Positions 26,347-39,000 of a stretch of DNA of 64,000 bases are shown here, in pieces. Location: the NCBI RefSeq assembly GCF_964355755.1, contig NC_092673.1, positions 15,534,948-15,598,947 of the forward strand, in the 5' to 3' direction. The translations under genes and the position numbers were made by a program. Below the pieces are notes generated by a model. It saw only the letters and a list, made by a program, of their open reading frames with translations, had not been told where the DNA came from and did no database searches. The stretch is from Antedon mediterranea. Its lineage: Eukaryota; Animalia; Echinodermata. The first letter of the stretch is position 1; each line of letters starts with the position of its first letter.

Positions 26347-29300
26347 AATCACACAATTAAAGAAGGAATCGCTCAATTAAAGAAGGAATCACACAATTAA
26401 AGAAGGAATCGCACAATTAAAGAAGAAATCGCACAATTAAAGAAGGAATTACACAAAGAAAGAAGGAATTACACAATTAAAGAAGGAATCACACAATTAA
26501 AGAAGGAATCACACAATTAAAGAAGGAATCGCACAATTAAAGAAGGAATCGCACAATTAAAGAAGGAATCACACAATTAAAGAAGGAATTACACAATTAA
26601 AGAAGGAATCGCACAATTAAAGAAGGAATTACACAATTAAAGAAGAAATCGCACGATTAAAGAAGGAATCACACAATTAAAGAATGAATCGCACAATTAA
26701 AGAAGGAATTACACAATTAAAGAAGAAATCGCACAATTAAAGAAGGAATCACACAATTAAAGAATGAATCGCACAATTAAAGAAGGAATCACACAATTAA
26801 AGAAGGAATCGCACAATTAAAGAAGGAATCGCACAATTAAAGAAGGAATCGCACAATTAAAGAAGAAATCGCACAATTAAAGAAGGAATCACACAATTAA
26901 AGAAGGAATCGCACAATTAAAGAAGGAATCGCACAATTAAAGAAGGAATCGCACAATTAAAGAAGGAATCACACAATTAAAGAAGGAATCGCACAATTAA
27001 AGAAGGAATCACACAATTAAAGAAGGAATTACACAATTAAAGAAGGAATCGCACAATCAAAGAAGGAATTACACAATTAAAGAAGAAATCACAAAATTAA
27101 AGAAGGAATTACACAATTAAAAAAGAAATCACAAAATTAAAGAAGGAATCACACAATTAAAGAAGGAATTACACAATTAAAGAAGGAATCGCACAATTAA
27201 AGAAGGAATCACACAATTAAAGAAGGAATCACACAATTAAAGAAGGAATCACACAATTAAAGAAGGAATCGCACAATTAAAGAAGGAATCGCACAATTAA
27301 AGAAGGAATCACACAATTAAAGAAGGAATCACACAATTAAAGAAGGAATCACACAATTAAAGAAGGAATCACACAATTAAAGAAGGAATCGCACAATTAA
27401 AGAAGGAATCATACAATTAAAGAAGGAATCGCACAATTAAAGAAGGAATTACACAATTAAAGAAGGAATTACACAATTAAAGAAGGAATCACACAATTAA
27501 AGAAGGAATTACACAATTAAAGAAGAAATCTCAAAATTAAAGAAGAAATTACACAATTAAAGAAGAAATCACAAAATTAAAGAAGGAATCACACAATTAA
27601 AGAAGGAATTACACAATTAAAGAAGGAATCACACAATTAAAGAAGGAATCACACAATTAAAGAAGAAATCGCACAATTAAAGAAGAAATCACACAATTAA
27701 AGAAGGAATTGCACAATTAAAAAAGAAATCGCACAATTAAAGAAGGAATCGCACAATTAAAGAAGGAATCACATAATTAAAGAAGAAATCGCACAATTAA
27801 AAAAGGAATCGCACAATTATAGAAGGAATCACACAATTAAAGAAGGAATCACACAATTAAAGAAGGAATCACACAATTAAAGAAGAAATCACACAATTAA
27901 AGAAGGAATCGCACAATTAAAGAAGAAATCGCACAATTAAAGAAGGAATCACACAATTAAAGAAGGAATCACACAATTAAAGAAGGAATTACACAATTAA
28001 AGAAGGAATCACACAATTAAAGAAGGAATTACACAATTAAAGAAGGAATCACACAATTAAAGAAGGAATCACACAATTAAAGAAGGAATTACACAATTAA
28101 AGAAGGAATCACACAATTAAAGAAGGAATCACACAATTAAAGAAGGAATCACACAATTAAAGAAGGAATTACACAATTAAAGAAGGAATCACACAATTAA
28201 AGAAGGAATTACACAATTAAAGAAGGAATCACACAATTAAAGAAGGAATTACACAATTAAAGAAGGAATCGCACATTTAAAGAAGGAATCGCACAATTAA
28301 AGAAGGAATCACACAATTAAAGAAGGAATCACACAATTAAAGAAGGAATCACACAATTAAAGAAGGAATTACACAATTGAAGAAGGAATCGCACAATTAA
28401 AGAAGGAATCGCACAATTAAAGAAGGAATCACACAATTAAAGAAGGAATCACACAATTAAAGAAGGAATCACACAATTAAAGAAGGAATCGCTCAATTAA
28501 AGAAGGAATCGCACAATTAAAGAAGGAATCACACAATTAAAGAAGGAATTACACAATTAAAGAAGGAATCGCACAATTAAAGAAGGGATCACACAATTAA
28601 AGAAGGAATCACACAATTAAAGAAGGAATCACACAATTAAAGAAGGAATCACACAATTAAAGAAGGAATCGTACAATTAAAGAAGGAATCACACAATTAA
28701 AGAAGAAATCGCACAATTAAAGAAGAAATCGCTCAATTAAAGAAGGAATCGCACAATTAAAGAAGGAATCACACAATTAAAAAAGGAATCACACAATTAA
28801 AGAAGGAATCGCACAATTAAAGAAGGAATCACACAATTAAAGAAGGAATCACACAATTAAAGAAGGAATCACACAATTAAAGAAGGAATCACACAATTAA
28901 AGAAGGAATCGCACAATTAAAGAAGAAATCGCACAATTAAAGAAGGAATTACACAATTAAAGAAGGAATTACACAATTAAAGAAGGAATCACACAATTAA
29001 AGAAGGAATCACACAATTAAAGAAGGAATCGCTCAATTAAAGAAGGAATCGCACAATTAAAGAAGGAATCACACAATTAAAGAAGGAATCGCACAATTAA
29101 AGAAGGAATCGCACAATTAAAGAAGGAATCACACAATTAAAGAAGGAATCACACAATTAAAGAAGGAATCACACAATTAAAGAAGGAATCACACAATTAA
29201 AGAAGGAATCGCACAATTAAAGAAGAAATCGCACAATTAAAGAAGGAATTACACAATTAAAGAAGGAATTACACAATTAAAGAAGGAATCGCACAATTAA

Positions 29301-31801
29301 AGAAGGAATCACACAATTAAAGAAGGAATCGCAAAATTTAAGAAGAAATCGCACAATTAAGGAAGGAATTACACAATTAAAGAAGGAATCACACAATTAA
29401 AGAAGGAATCGCACACTTAAAGAAGGAATGGCACAATTAAAGAAGGAATTACACAATTAAAGAAGGAATCACAAAATTAAAGAAGGAATTGCACAATTAA
29501 AGAAGGAATCACACAATTAAAGAAGGAATCACACAATTAAAGAAGGAATCACACAATTAAAGAAGGAATTACACAATTAAAGAAGGAATCGCACAATTAA
29601 AGAAGGAATCGCACAATTAAAGAAGGAATTACACAATTAAAGAAGGAATCACACAATTAAAGAAGGAATCGCACAATTAAAGAAGGAATTACACAATTAA
29701 AGAAGGAATCGCACAATTAAAGAAGGAATCGCACAATTAAAGAAGAAATCGCACAATTAAAGAAGGAATCGCACAATTAAAGAAGGAATCACACAATTAA
29801 AGAAGGAATCACACAATTAAAGAAGGAATCGCACAATTAAAGAAGGAATCACACAATTAAAGAAGGAATTACACAATTAAAGAAGGAATCGCACAATTAA
29901 AGAAGGAATTACACAATTAAAGAAGAAATCGCACAATTAAAGAAGGAATCACACAATTAAAGAATGAATCGCACAATTAAAGAAGGAATCACACAATTAA
30001 AGAAGGAATCGCACAATAAAAGAAGGAATTACACAATTAAAGAAGGAATCACACAATTAAAGAAGAAATCGCACAATTAAAGAAGAAATCACACAATTAA
30101 AGAAGGAATCGCACAATTAAAGAAGGAATTACACAATTAAAGAAGGAATCACACAATTAAAGAAGGAATCACACAATTAAAGAAGGAATCACACAATTAA
30201 AGAAGGAATCGCACAATTAAAGAAGGAATTACACAATTAAAGAAGGAATTACACAATTAAAGAAGGAATCGCACAATTAAAGAAGGAATCACACAATTAA
30301 AGAAGGAATCACACAATTAAAGAAGGAATCACGCAATTAAAGAAGGAATCGCACAATTAAAGAAGGAATCGCACAATTAAAGAAGGAATCGCACAATTAA
30401 AGAAGGAATCGCACAATTAAAGAAGGAATTACACAATTAAAGAAGGAATCGCACAATTAAAGAAGGAATCACACAATTAAAGAAGGAATCACACAATTAA
30501 AGAAGGAATCACACAATTAAAGAAGGAATCACACAATTAAAGAAGGAATTACACAATTAAAGAAGGAATTACACAATTAAAAAAGGAATCGCACAATTAA
30601 AGAAGGAATCGCACAATTAAAGAAGGAATCGCACAATTAAAGAAGGAATTACACAATTAAAGATGGAATCACACAATTAAAGAAGGAATTACACAATTAA
30701 AGAAGGAATCACACAATTAAAGAAGGAATCGCACAATTAAAGAAGGAATCACACAATTAAAGAAGGAATTACACAATTAAAGAAGGAATCGCACAATTAA
30801 AGAAGGAATTACACAATTAAAGAAGAAATCGCACAATTAAAGAAGGAATCACACAATTAAAGAATGAATCGCACAATTAAAGAAGGAATCACACAATTAA
30901 AGAAGGAATCGCACAATAAAAGAAGGAATTACACAATTAAAGAAGGAATCACACAATTAAAGAAGAAATCGCACAATTAAAGAAGAAATCACACAATTAA
31001 AGAAGGAATCGCACAATTAAAGAAGGAATTACACAATTAAAGAAGGAATCACACAATTAAAGAAGGAATCACACAATTAAAGAAGGAATCACACAATTAA
31101 AGAAGGAATCGCACAATTAAAGAAGGAATTACACAATTAAAGAAGGAATTACACAATTAAAGAAGGAATCGCACAATTAAAGAAGGAATCACACAATTAA
31201 AGAAGGAATCACACAATTAAAGAAGGAATCACACAATTAAAGAAGGAATCGCACAATTAAAGAAGGAATCGCACAATTAAAGAAGGAATCGCACAATTAA
31301 AGAAGGAATCGCACAATTAAAGAAGGAATTACACAATTAAAGAAGGAATCGCACAATTTTAAGAAGGAATCACACAATTAAAGAAGGAATCACACAATTA
31401 AAGAAGGAATCACACAATTAAAGAAGGAATTACACAATTAAAGAAGGAATTACACAATTAAAAAAGGAATCGCACAATTAAAGAAGGAATCGCACAATTA
31501 AAGAAGGAATCGCACAATTAAAGAAGGAATTACACAATTAAAGATGGAATCACACAATTAAAGAAGGAATTACACAATTAAAGAAGGAATCGCGCAATTA
31601 AAGAAGAAATCACACAATTAAAGAAGGAATCACACAATTAAAGAAGAAATCGCACAATTAAAGAAGAAATCACACAATTAAAGAAGGTATCGCACAATTA
31701 AAGAAGAATTCGCATATAAACAAAAGAAAGCATGAAAATATAAAACGAAATGCACAAATAAAGAAGAAACGCGCAATTAAAGAAGAGCTTCGCACAATTA
31801 A

Positions 31802-33447
31802 GTCAAGTTCGAGTTCAAATTTATTCACATAATGCAAACATATACAAAATATAAAAGATACAAGTGGTTGGAAATTAAGTAAATAATAGTTGCATTATGC
31901 CTGGAGAATACCATTTAAGCCCCAAAGGGCTTTAAGCCTGGATCCCCCAGAAAGAATAAAAAGTTAAAAATAATAATAATAAGCAAGGTGAAGGTTAGCT
32001 ACTGACAGACAGGGACGGACATGTACGACGATACAAACACGACAAGGACGACAAGAAGGACAAACTGTATTTATATGATTTGCCTAATTAAATTTAATTA
32101 TAAGTTATTAATATGATCAATATAATTAATTTACTTTATATTTTGATATTAGATAAGATTTGTAGTTTATTTTTAGAGTATTATTTGTTTTGTTTTTTTA
32201 GGGGACCGGTATGTAGTATAGAGTTAAGTATTTGCTTACTGTTATAGTTTTTGGAAATGTAGTTGTTTGCGTTCCTAGTGTTATATTTGTGTAGTTCGTT
32301 ATTTTTAGTGAAGAAACCGTTAAAAGTGGATGGTAGTTTGTTATTTGAGTACCTAAACATGAAGAAGGCAGTTTGCAATTTATTAATGTCAAAAATGTTT
32401 AGGGTATTTAGGGTGTGAAAAAGAGGTTTAGAGCGGGAGAGGTATTTTGAGAGAGTGCAAATGCGAAGGGCCTTTTTTTGGAGTTTGAAAAGTTTGTCTA
32501 TTTTGGTTGTTTCCGTGCTGGTCCATGGACAGAGAGTTCGATGTTTTGAGTTAGTGGCTGCCCATGCAATGTTGCAGTAGGAGAGATGTGGAAGTATTAG
32601 AGTATTATATAAAGAAAAAAGGATGTTAGACGGAAGAGTGAATTTAAGTTTATTTAGTATGCCAATAGTTCTTGAAATTTTGTTTGATATGTTATTAATA
32701 TGGAGATTCCAGTTCAGTTTATTATCAATAATTACACCAAGAAAATGGGTGTGGTCGACTGGTTTGATGGGTATATTATCGATATAGATATTTGTATTTG
32801 TAGCATTATTATTGTTTTTATTTTCGGAAAAGTGAATGTAATTTGTTTTGCTGATGTTTAGTGAAAGCTTGTTGATTTTAAACCAGTTTGAAACGTTTCG
32901 GATTTCTCGGTTGAAAGTTTAAATTAAAGTGTTAGGATCTGGGCTGGAGAGAAAGATATTAGTGTCATCTGCAAATAGAACATAAGAGAAATAGTTTGAG
33001 GCATAAATCAGATCATTTATGTAGATTAGAAAGGGGACCAAGAATAGAACCTTGAGGAACGCCACATTTAACAGGAAGGATGTCAGAGGAGTGAGAATTA
33101 AAAAAAGTGAATTGCATTCTGTCTTGAAGGTAGTTAGTAATTAGGGATAATGGAATTCCACGGATGCCATAGTGGTTAAGTTTAGATAAGAGGATTGAAT
33201 GGTCAATAGTGTCAACAGCTTTGGATAGGTCGAGGAATAGGCCAATGGTGTGATGTTTTTTTGATAGTGCGACAGAAATTTTATTTTGGATGTCAAGAAG
33301 TGCGAGATCAGTGGAGTGTTGTAAGCGGAAGCCATACTGGTTGTTTTGAAGAATGTTATGGGTAGAGAAGAAATGATAAAGTCTGTCATAGATAATGCGT
33401 TCTAGTATTTTAGAAAAGCAGGGTAGGAGAGAGATAGGTCGATAGTT
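31802..33447 (-). mobile_element. Degenerate 5'-truncated CR1/L2-group LINE inserted at the right edge of the satellite
   Basis: INYRPISLLPCFSKILE, LDLSKAVDTIDH, GVPQGSILGPL, LFADDTNIF motifs with frameshifts; TTGAAC-like tail at ~31802-31820; AATTAA at 31796-31801 and 33448-33453. Confidence 0.9.
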
Positions 33448-33657
33448 AATTAAAGAAGTCCGCAACAAATTCGAAAGCTCCTCGCACAATTAAAGAAGTT
33501 CGCAACAAAATCAAAAGCTCCTCGCACAATTAAAGAAGTCCGCAACAAATTCGAAAGTACACCTCGTACAATTAAAGAAGTTCGCAACAAATTCGAAAGC
33601 TCCTCGCACAATTAAAGAAGTCCGCAACAAATTCGAAAGTACCTCGCACAATTAAAG
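33448..33657 (+). repeat. 40-bp tandem repeat (~5 copies) related to the 20-bp satellite
   Basis: AATTAAAGAAGTCCGCAACAAATTCGAAAGCTCCTCGCAC units start at 33448, 33488 and 33528; they share CGCACAATTAAAGAAG with the satellite. Confidence 0.9.
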
Positions 33658-33804
33658 TACAGTAGTCTGTATGGAACGCCATCGCTGCCTCCGGCAGCAA
33701 ACTTTAATTCTATTCGGCTCTTTAAGATCAATCTCTCTTCCTATGTTTTGAAGTTCAGCGTAATTATAACTTAAGGTGTAGGTGTCAAGATATAGGTGTG
33801 GTTG

Positions 33805-34088
33805 TTTAGAGGGTGTTGTTGTCCTAGGGGCATAGCAGTTGGACTAGAGGGTAGTTGTCCTGGGAGGGTAGTTGTCCAAGAGGGTAGTTGTCCTAGGGGG
33901 TAGTTGTCCGGATGGGAATTGTCCTAAAGGGGTAGTTGTCCCAGAGGGTAGTTGTCCTAGGGGGTAATTGTCCGGGAGGTAGTTGTCCTAGAGGGATCAT
34001 TGTCCGGGTGGTTGTTGTCCAGAGGGGTCATTGTCCGGGTGGTAGTTGTCCGGGTGGTAATTGTCCAGGGGGTAGTTGTCCGGATACG
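33805..34088 (-). repeat. 18-19 bp tandem repeats (GGTAGTTGTCC on plus), right arm
   Basis: Reverse complement of the 10266-10520 repeat family. Confidence 0.9.
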
Positions 34089-34659
34089 TCTGGAGACCGG
34101 TATATATTTTGTTTTATGTTTCGAAGTAAATACTGTATAATAAGTCCAATTTCCGGGAACTAGCAACTCTATTTTTCAAAATGTTCTTAGCTCCACCCTA
34201 AACAGGGTTGGTCGAATTTGGGACGATTCGGCCCGGAAACGATTCGGCCCACTTTTGGGTGGAAACATCCAACTTTGTTGGCCGAAACGTCTCACTTTAG
34301 ACCAAATTCATATTCATTTTTGTTGGTACTTATCACGTTTTTAAAGGTGTTTAACAATCCGTATTTTATTGATATTGACAATGTTGATATAATATATAAA
34401 TAAATTACTCTAAAAAACGTAATTTTATATTCAATTTATTACTTCGAAAACGTTGTTTATTTCGTGCATTCGACAAGCGGCCATCGTTCGCGTGACTAAA
34501 AAAATGTTTGCTTTATTGCATATTTATCCCTAGTAGAACTACCCCATAGTCTATCTGAAAATAAAGTTTGGGGGAAAATTATTAGTATCTTATTTTATGC
34601 TTATAATATCATAATGCATATCAAAGCCGATAAATGTAAGTGTGCCGAATGTCTCATAC

Positions 34660-35230
34660 CCCTTTTACACTATCACCGCAACGCCGGTGTTGTAGTTTTT
34701 ATTGACTGGTGTAAATGGGAAAATCGAACCACCCCGGTGTGCTCTCCGCGGGGAGAAACGAAGCTGAATGTTTTCCGGTGTACCTCTCCGGTGTAGTCAA
34801 GTCGACACAGGAGACACGAAAGTATAAACGGTTTTTGCGATCCAACACCTGGCTGGTAAAGGTTATTGACATGAAAAGGTCATCTATCATTAAAATTGTT
34901 ATGTATTTGTGCAAAAAATACCTGTTTCTATATTTTAATTTTTGCATCTTAAAATAATAATTATATTGTATTTCAAAGTCTATCAAATGTTGCGCGACAC
35001 ATTCGGAAATGTGACCGAAATGTTTCATCGCTGTAATGTTCCACATTGACAGCCCAAAACAGGCGACCATGGGCACGGTTTTGCATCCAGATTCTGTGAT
35101 CAACAAGGTTCGCTTCAAGCGTTGCGGCTGCCAAATCTTCGACGACTAGACCCAGTTGACGTCGGGATAGGGCTAAACGCTTTCGCCGTCTACTCCGTAA
35201 ATTTGCTCTCCTTTTCCTCCTTTGCAGATT
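34660..35230 (-). mobile_element. Possible PIF/Harbinger transposase N-terminal remnant
   Basis: Peptide RIWMQNRAHGRLFWAVNVEHYSDETFRSHFRMCRATFDRL resembles the N-terminal FRM-x-R-x-TF motif of Harbinger/HARBI1 nucleases; ORF ends immediately afterwards. Confidence 0.55.
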
Positions 35231-35242
35231 CATTAAAAAACG

Positions 35243-35868
35243 TTCGCACCTGCCTTGTATTTTAACTCTAAATTTGTTACCCAACTTTATCCTGAATACC
35301 ACACCTTAAAATTAGATGAAGAAGAATCAATAAATAACAATAAATTCTTTAAATAAATTAATGATTTTACAGACGTTTTTCTCATGCTAATTTCGCATAC
35401 TCTATGTTCAATATTTTGTTTCTATGGAACGTCAAAAGAACAATATTAATAGAGGGCTAAAAACTATGTGGAATCCATCTATTTAACTAATTTTTTGGTG
35501 AAAGTCATGTAAAATAAGTCATATGAAAATAGAAAAGTATCAGCAGTAACATATTACAGCATTTTTATTGACAAATTGAACAAATTAAACGTGAATTTCA
35601 CCAATAAATGCATTAAATGTAGACGAATTCAATTATTGTTGCCCTTTTGGCGCTCCATAGAAACGAAAATATTGAAAGTTGAGTATGCAAAAGTGTTCAA
35701 GAAACACGTCTGTAAAATCAGCAATTTTTATTTTCAAATAATACCAAGTATTTACTTTTACTTTTTTATGTGAATTTCTTTCATAAAAGTACTTATGAGG
35801 CCTAATTCTAAGGTGTGGTATTCAGAATAAAGTTGGTTGAATTAATTTGGAGTCAATACAGGTGCGAA
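35243..35868. mobile_element. ~625-bp palindromic (foldback) repeat element; second copy at 50543-51167
   Basis: TTCGCACCTG...CTGAATACCACACCTTA at left is mirrored by TAAGGTGTGGTATTCAG...CAGGTGCGAA at right; inner TTTCTATGGAACGTCAAAAG / CTTTTGGCGCTCCATAGAAA also mirrored. Confidence 0.8.
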
Positions 35869-36077
35869 ACCAACACAATGGAGTAAATATAATATCAAAA
35901 CACAAACACAAATGTGGTCGATGTTTGTTCGTTATACAATTTTCTGTTTCTGCACTTAACCATTCATATGGTGTATCAAACACACGTACAAACTCTCTCA
36001 CTTATAATATAGATTTTAATTATCTCTGGGAAGGGGCTGGGAGTTTGGGGTGGGGTCGTAAGCCTTTCAACATTTGA

Positions 36078-39000
36078 TTAGAGTAAAACACAATGATAAA
36101 GAATAGGAAACATTTAATAATAATTATGATAAATTACATTTACATAGCAATTTAGTATTGTGTTTTACTATAACCAATTTGGTTAGAGTAAAACACAATG
36201 ATTATGAATTATTATATGATGTTATTTACATAACAAAATATTATATTAATAAGTATATCTTATTATCTAGACGTTATGATAAAGAATAGGATACATAATA
36301 AGTACAAGTACATAGTTTATCATTGTGTTTTACAGAACCAATTTGGTTACACGACAGTTAAACACAGTGATAAAGAATAGATACTGTTTTAGGTTATTTA
36401 AACCTCACCCTAGTTTGAAGCGATATAAAAAAAAATTCCGAAACTTTTTAAATTTGGTAGATATGTTAGGTTCTTACGTCTATAAAACAAAAACAAAAAT
36501 ATAAGTTTCAAAACCAATTCGTGATTTTGATAATTTGCATTTCAAAACATTTACACTTATGAAAGACCATACATTTTCAACACATTTTTACTTCATTCAG
36601 AAATCAAAATAAAACAATTAGAATGTTTCTTTTGCATTATAGGTGTAAGAACCCATATCTACCAAATTTCAAACGTTTTTTAAGACGATATGACGTATTT
36701 TTAGCGATTAATTATGTATGTGATAACAATTCAAACTAAGGTAGGGTAAAATAAACCAAAACTGTTCTATTCTTTATCACTGTGTTTAACGTTAACCAAA
36801 TTGTTTATATTAAAACACAGCGCTAAATTGCTATGTAAATGTCATTTATCATATTATTAAATGTTTCCTTTTTTTTTTCATTGTGTTTTACTCTAACCAA
36901 ATTGATTTTTCTTTTCTTTCTTTTTTTTTCTTTTCTTTTTTTTATTTTCATGTAAACAAACTCTGTTCCAAACTGAGCTTGTCCATCTTCATTTTATCGC
37001 GTGCCCGTCATTTCAATAATAAACACACATTCATACTCCTCTATAAAATTATAATCCTCTCACACATTGACTATTGCTGTAGTGTTTGGGGAATCAGATC
37101 GAATATTGACCGAATACAGACCATGCAAAATAGAGCATTTCGCTTTATGCTTAAAGCTCATTTACAGGCATAAATTATAAATGTAATATCTTGTTAATTG
37201 TACATAAATCAAATATTTGTAACAGAAATCAAAAAAATTCTTCCTGATTTTTATGGCAGAATTTTGCCATAAAAATCAGGAAGACTTTTTTTCAGTAGTT
37301 AGGTAGTTTAACCTAATGTAAGAACATCTTTGGTGACTCCCTAGAAGGTTTAAAAAAGATGGTGGATATACGGTGGATAATTTTGCTATAGCATACAAAT
37401 AAAAATCTGAAGTTGAATAAAATACCAGAAATGTAAAATTCTATTTGTACATCTGATAAAATTTTTTACCAAACCGTTTATTTTTCATAGCTTTTGATAA
37501 AAGATATTTACATAGTTACTGTATTTATTTTCTATAGCACACAAGTTGTATGATATGATACAATATGATTTTCTCCCAATTAGTGAAGACATTTGCGATA
37601 ATGCGTGCGTAAATAGTGCACCTAACAAGATCATTTTTGCTATTTAAAACTCACATTTTAAAACCGTAAACGCATAAATTTGCGGGCATACTCATGAAAC
37701 ACACTTCCAGATATTTCATAATTGTAACAGTAGGCCTACTAGGCCTACGCTATTCATAACATACGGTACAATAGTATAGATTTGTACAAAAGGAGCAGAA
37801 CAATTAAATGTAACTGTCCCATTACATCTACTGAAAAAAATTATCGCGAAGAATTTATTTATAATAATACACCAATCAGATCACATGCAATTAGTGACGA
37901 ATCGCATCGACGTTTATTGTTGAGGCGCGTAAACAGTGTACCTATGCACGTTTTCCTCCCACACGACGACGAAGAGACGAATCGATATTCGCCAAAGTAT
38001 AATTAGAATAATTAATTAATGAAATAAGATACACAGTTGATGTTGTTTATTGTTTTTTAATTATTCTTTAGAATAAATACTTTCGAAATACAAAACAAAA
38101 AATGTGTGGCGAGTGACGATATGTTCAATCATGGACCTATAATTACTAATTTATAGGTCCATGATCGATTCAATATCTGTAGCTTTAATTCAAACATAAT
38201 GTAACAGAAAATTTGATACACATTTGCTAATTAGTGTAATAAACGTTCGTTTACACAACACTTTTTTATATTTTATTATTATTGATGAAAACAGGAATAC
38301 TATTTTCTCATTTCTACCAAGAATGAAAACTTTTTGAATACAAAACTTTGTGCATGTGAATTAAATTACAAAAATATTAAAATAAGGATAATTCACGAAG
38401 AAACATCGCGTAAAAATACTCGTATTCAAAAGTTTCTGAAATTTGTAGATAATGATGTCCTGAAAAAAGAAATTTGACATTCATAATATTTTTTTGTGCA
38501 AAAATGTAATATGAAACCTACAATTTACATTGTTTATCATTGTTTTTACTATAACCAATTTGGTTAAAAGTTAACACAGTGATAAAGAATAGAACTGTTT
38601 TAGTTTATTTAACACCTAACCTTAGTTTGAAGCCATCAAATACTTTATTCATCACTAAAAATACGTATCGTCTTGAAAAACGTTTGAAATTTGGTAGATA
38701 TGTTCAATATAGGTTCTTAAATAACCTATAACAGTATCTATTCTTTATCACCGTGTTTAACTGTGTAACCAAATTGGTTCTGTAAAACACAATAATAAAC
38801 TATGTAACTTGTATTTATTATATTACATTATAATGTATCCTATTCTTTATCATAACGTTTAGATAATAAGATACACTTAAAATAATATTTTGCTATGTAA
38901 ATAACATCATATAATAATTCATAATCATTGTGTTTTACTGTATGTAACCAACTTGGTTATAGTAAAACACAATACAGTATTAAATTTGCTTGTAAATGTA

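Larger units (their letters stand above)
13878..31801 (+). repeat. 20-bp satellite (consensus AAAGAAGGAATCACACAATT), ~15 kb, roughly 750 monomers, interrupted by a LINE at 23469-26346
   Basis: Continuous head-to-tail 20-mers at 13878-23468 and 26347-31801 with TCAC/TCGC/TTAC and GGAA/GAAA variants; degenerate at both edges. Confidence 0.98.
10266..34088. mobile_element. Putative ~23.8 kb non-autonomous Mutator/Foldback-like DNA transposon carrying a nested satellite and LINEs
   Basis: Inverted arms of 18-19 bp GGACAACTACC repeats at 10266-10520 and 33805-34088; exact 9-bp direct repeat TCTGGAGAC at 10257-10265 and 34089-34097; no transposase ORF seen inside. Confidence 0.65.

Noticed and set aside
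22007-27630. Giant (~1.3 kb) target-site duplication around the LINE
   Set aside because: Variant order shows a pre-existing 1,460-bp tandem duplication; the actual TSD is only AAT.
13878-31801. CRISPR-like array, or an RT-plus-repeat system (retron, DGR or telomerase-like), suggested by the RT ORF embedded in repeats
   Set aside because: There are no unique spacers or cas genes. The RT is an ordinary EN-RT LINE ORF, 5'-truncated with a tail and TSD, and it post-dates the array's duplication.
13878-31801. Coding potential or a stored 'code' in the TCAC/TCGC/TTAC variants
   Set aside because: The 20-bp period brings frequent stops on both strands, and the variant patterns are explained by transition-type changes plus block duplications.
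33936-34166. GGNCPGG and RTTT repeat ORFs (also 10050-10403)
   Set aside because: Translations of the transposon arm repeats.
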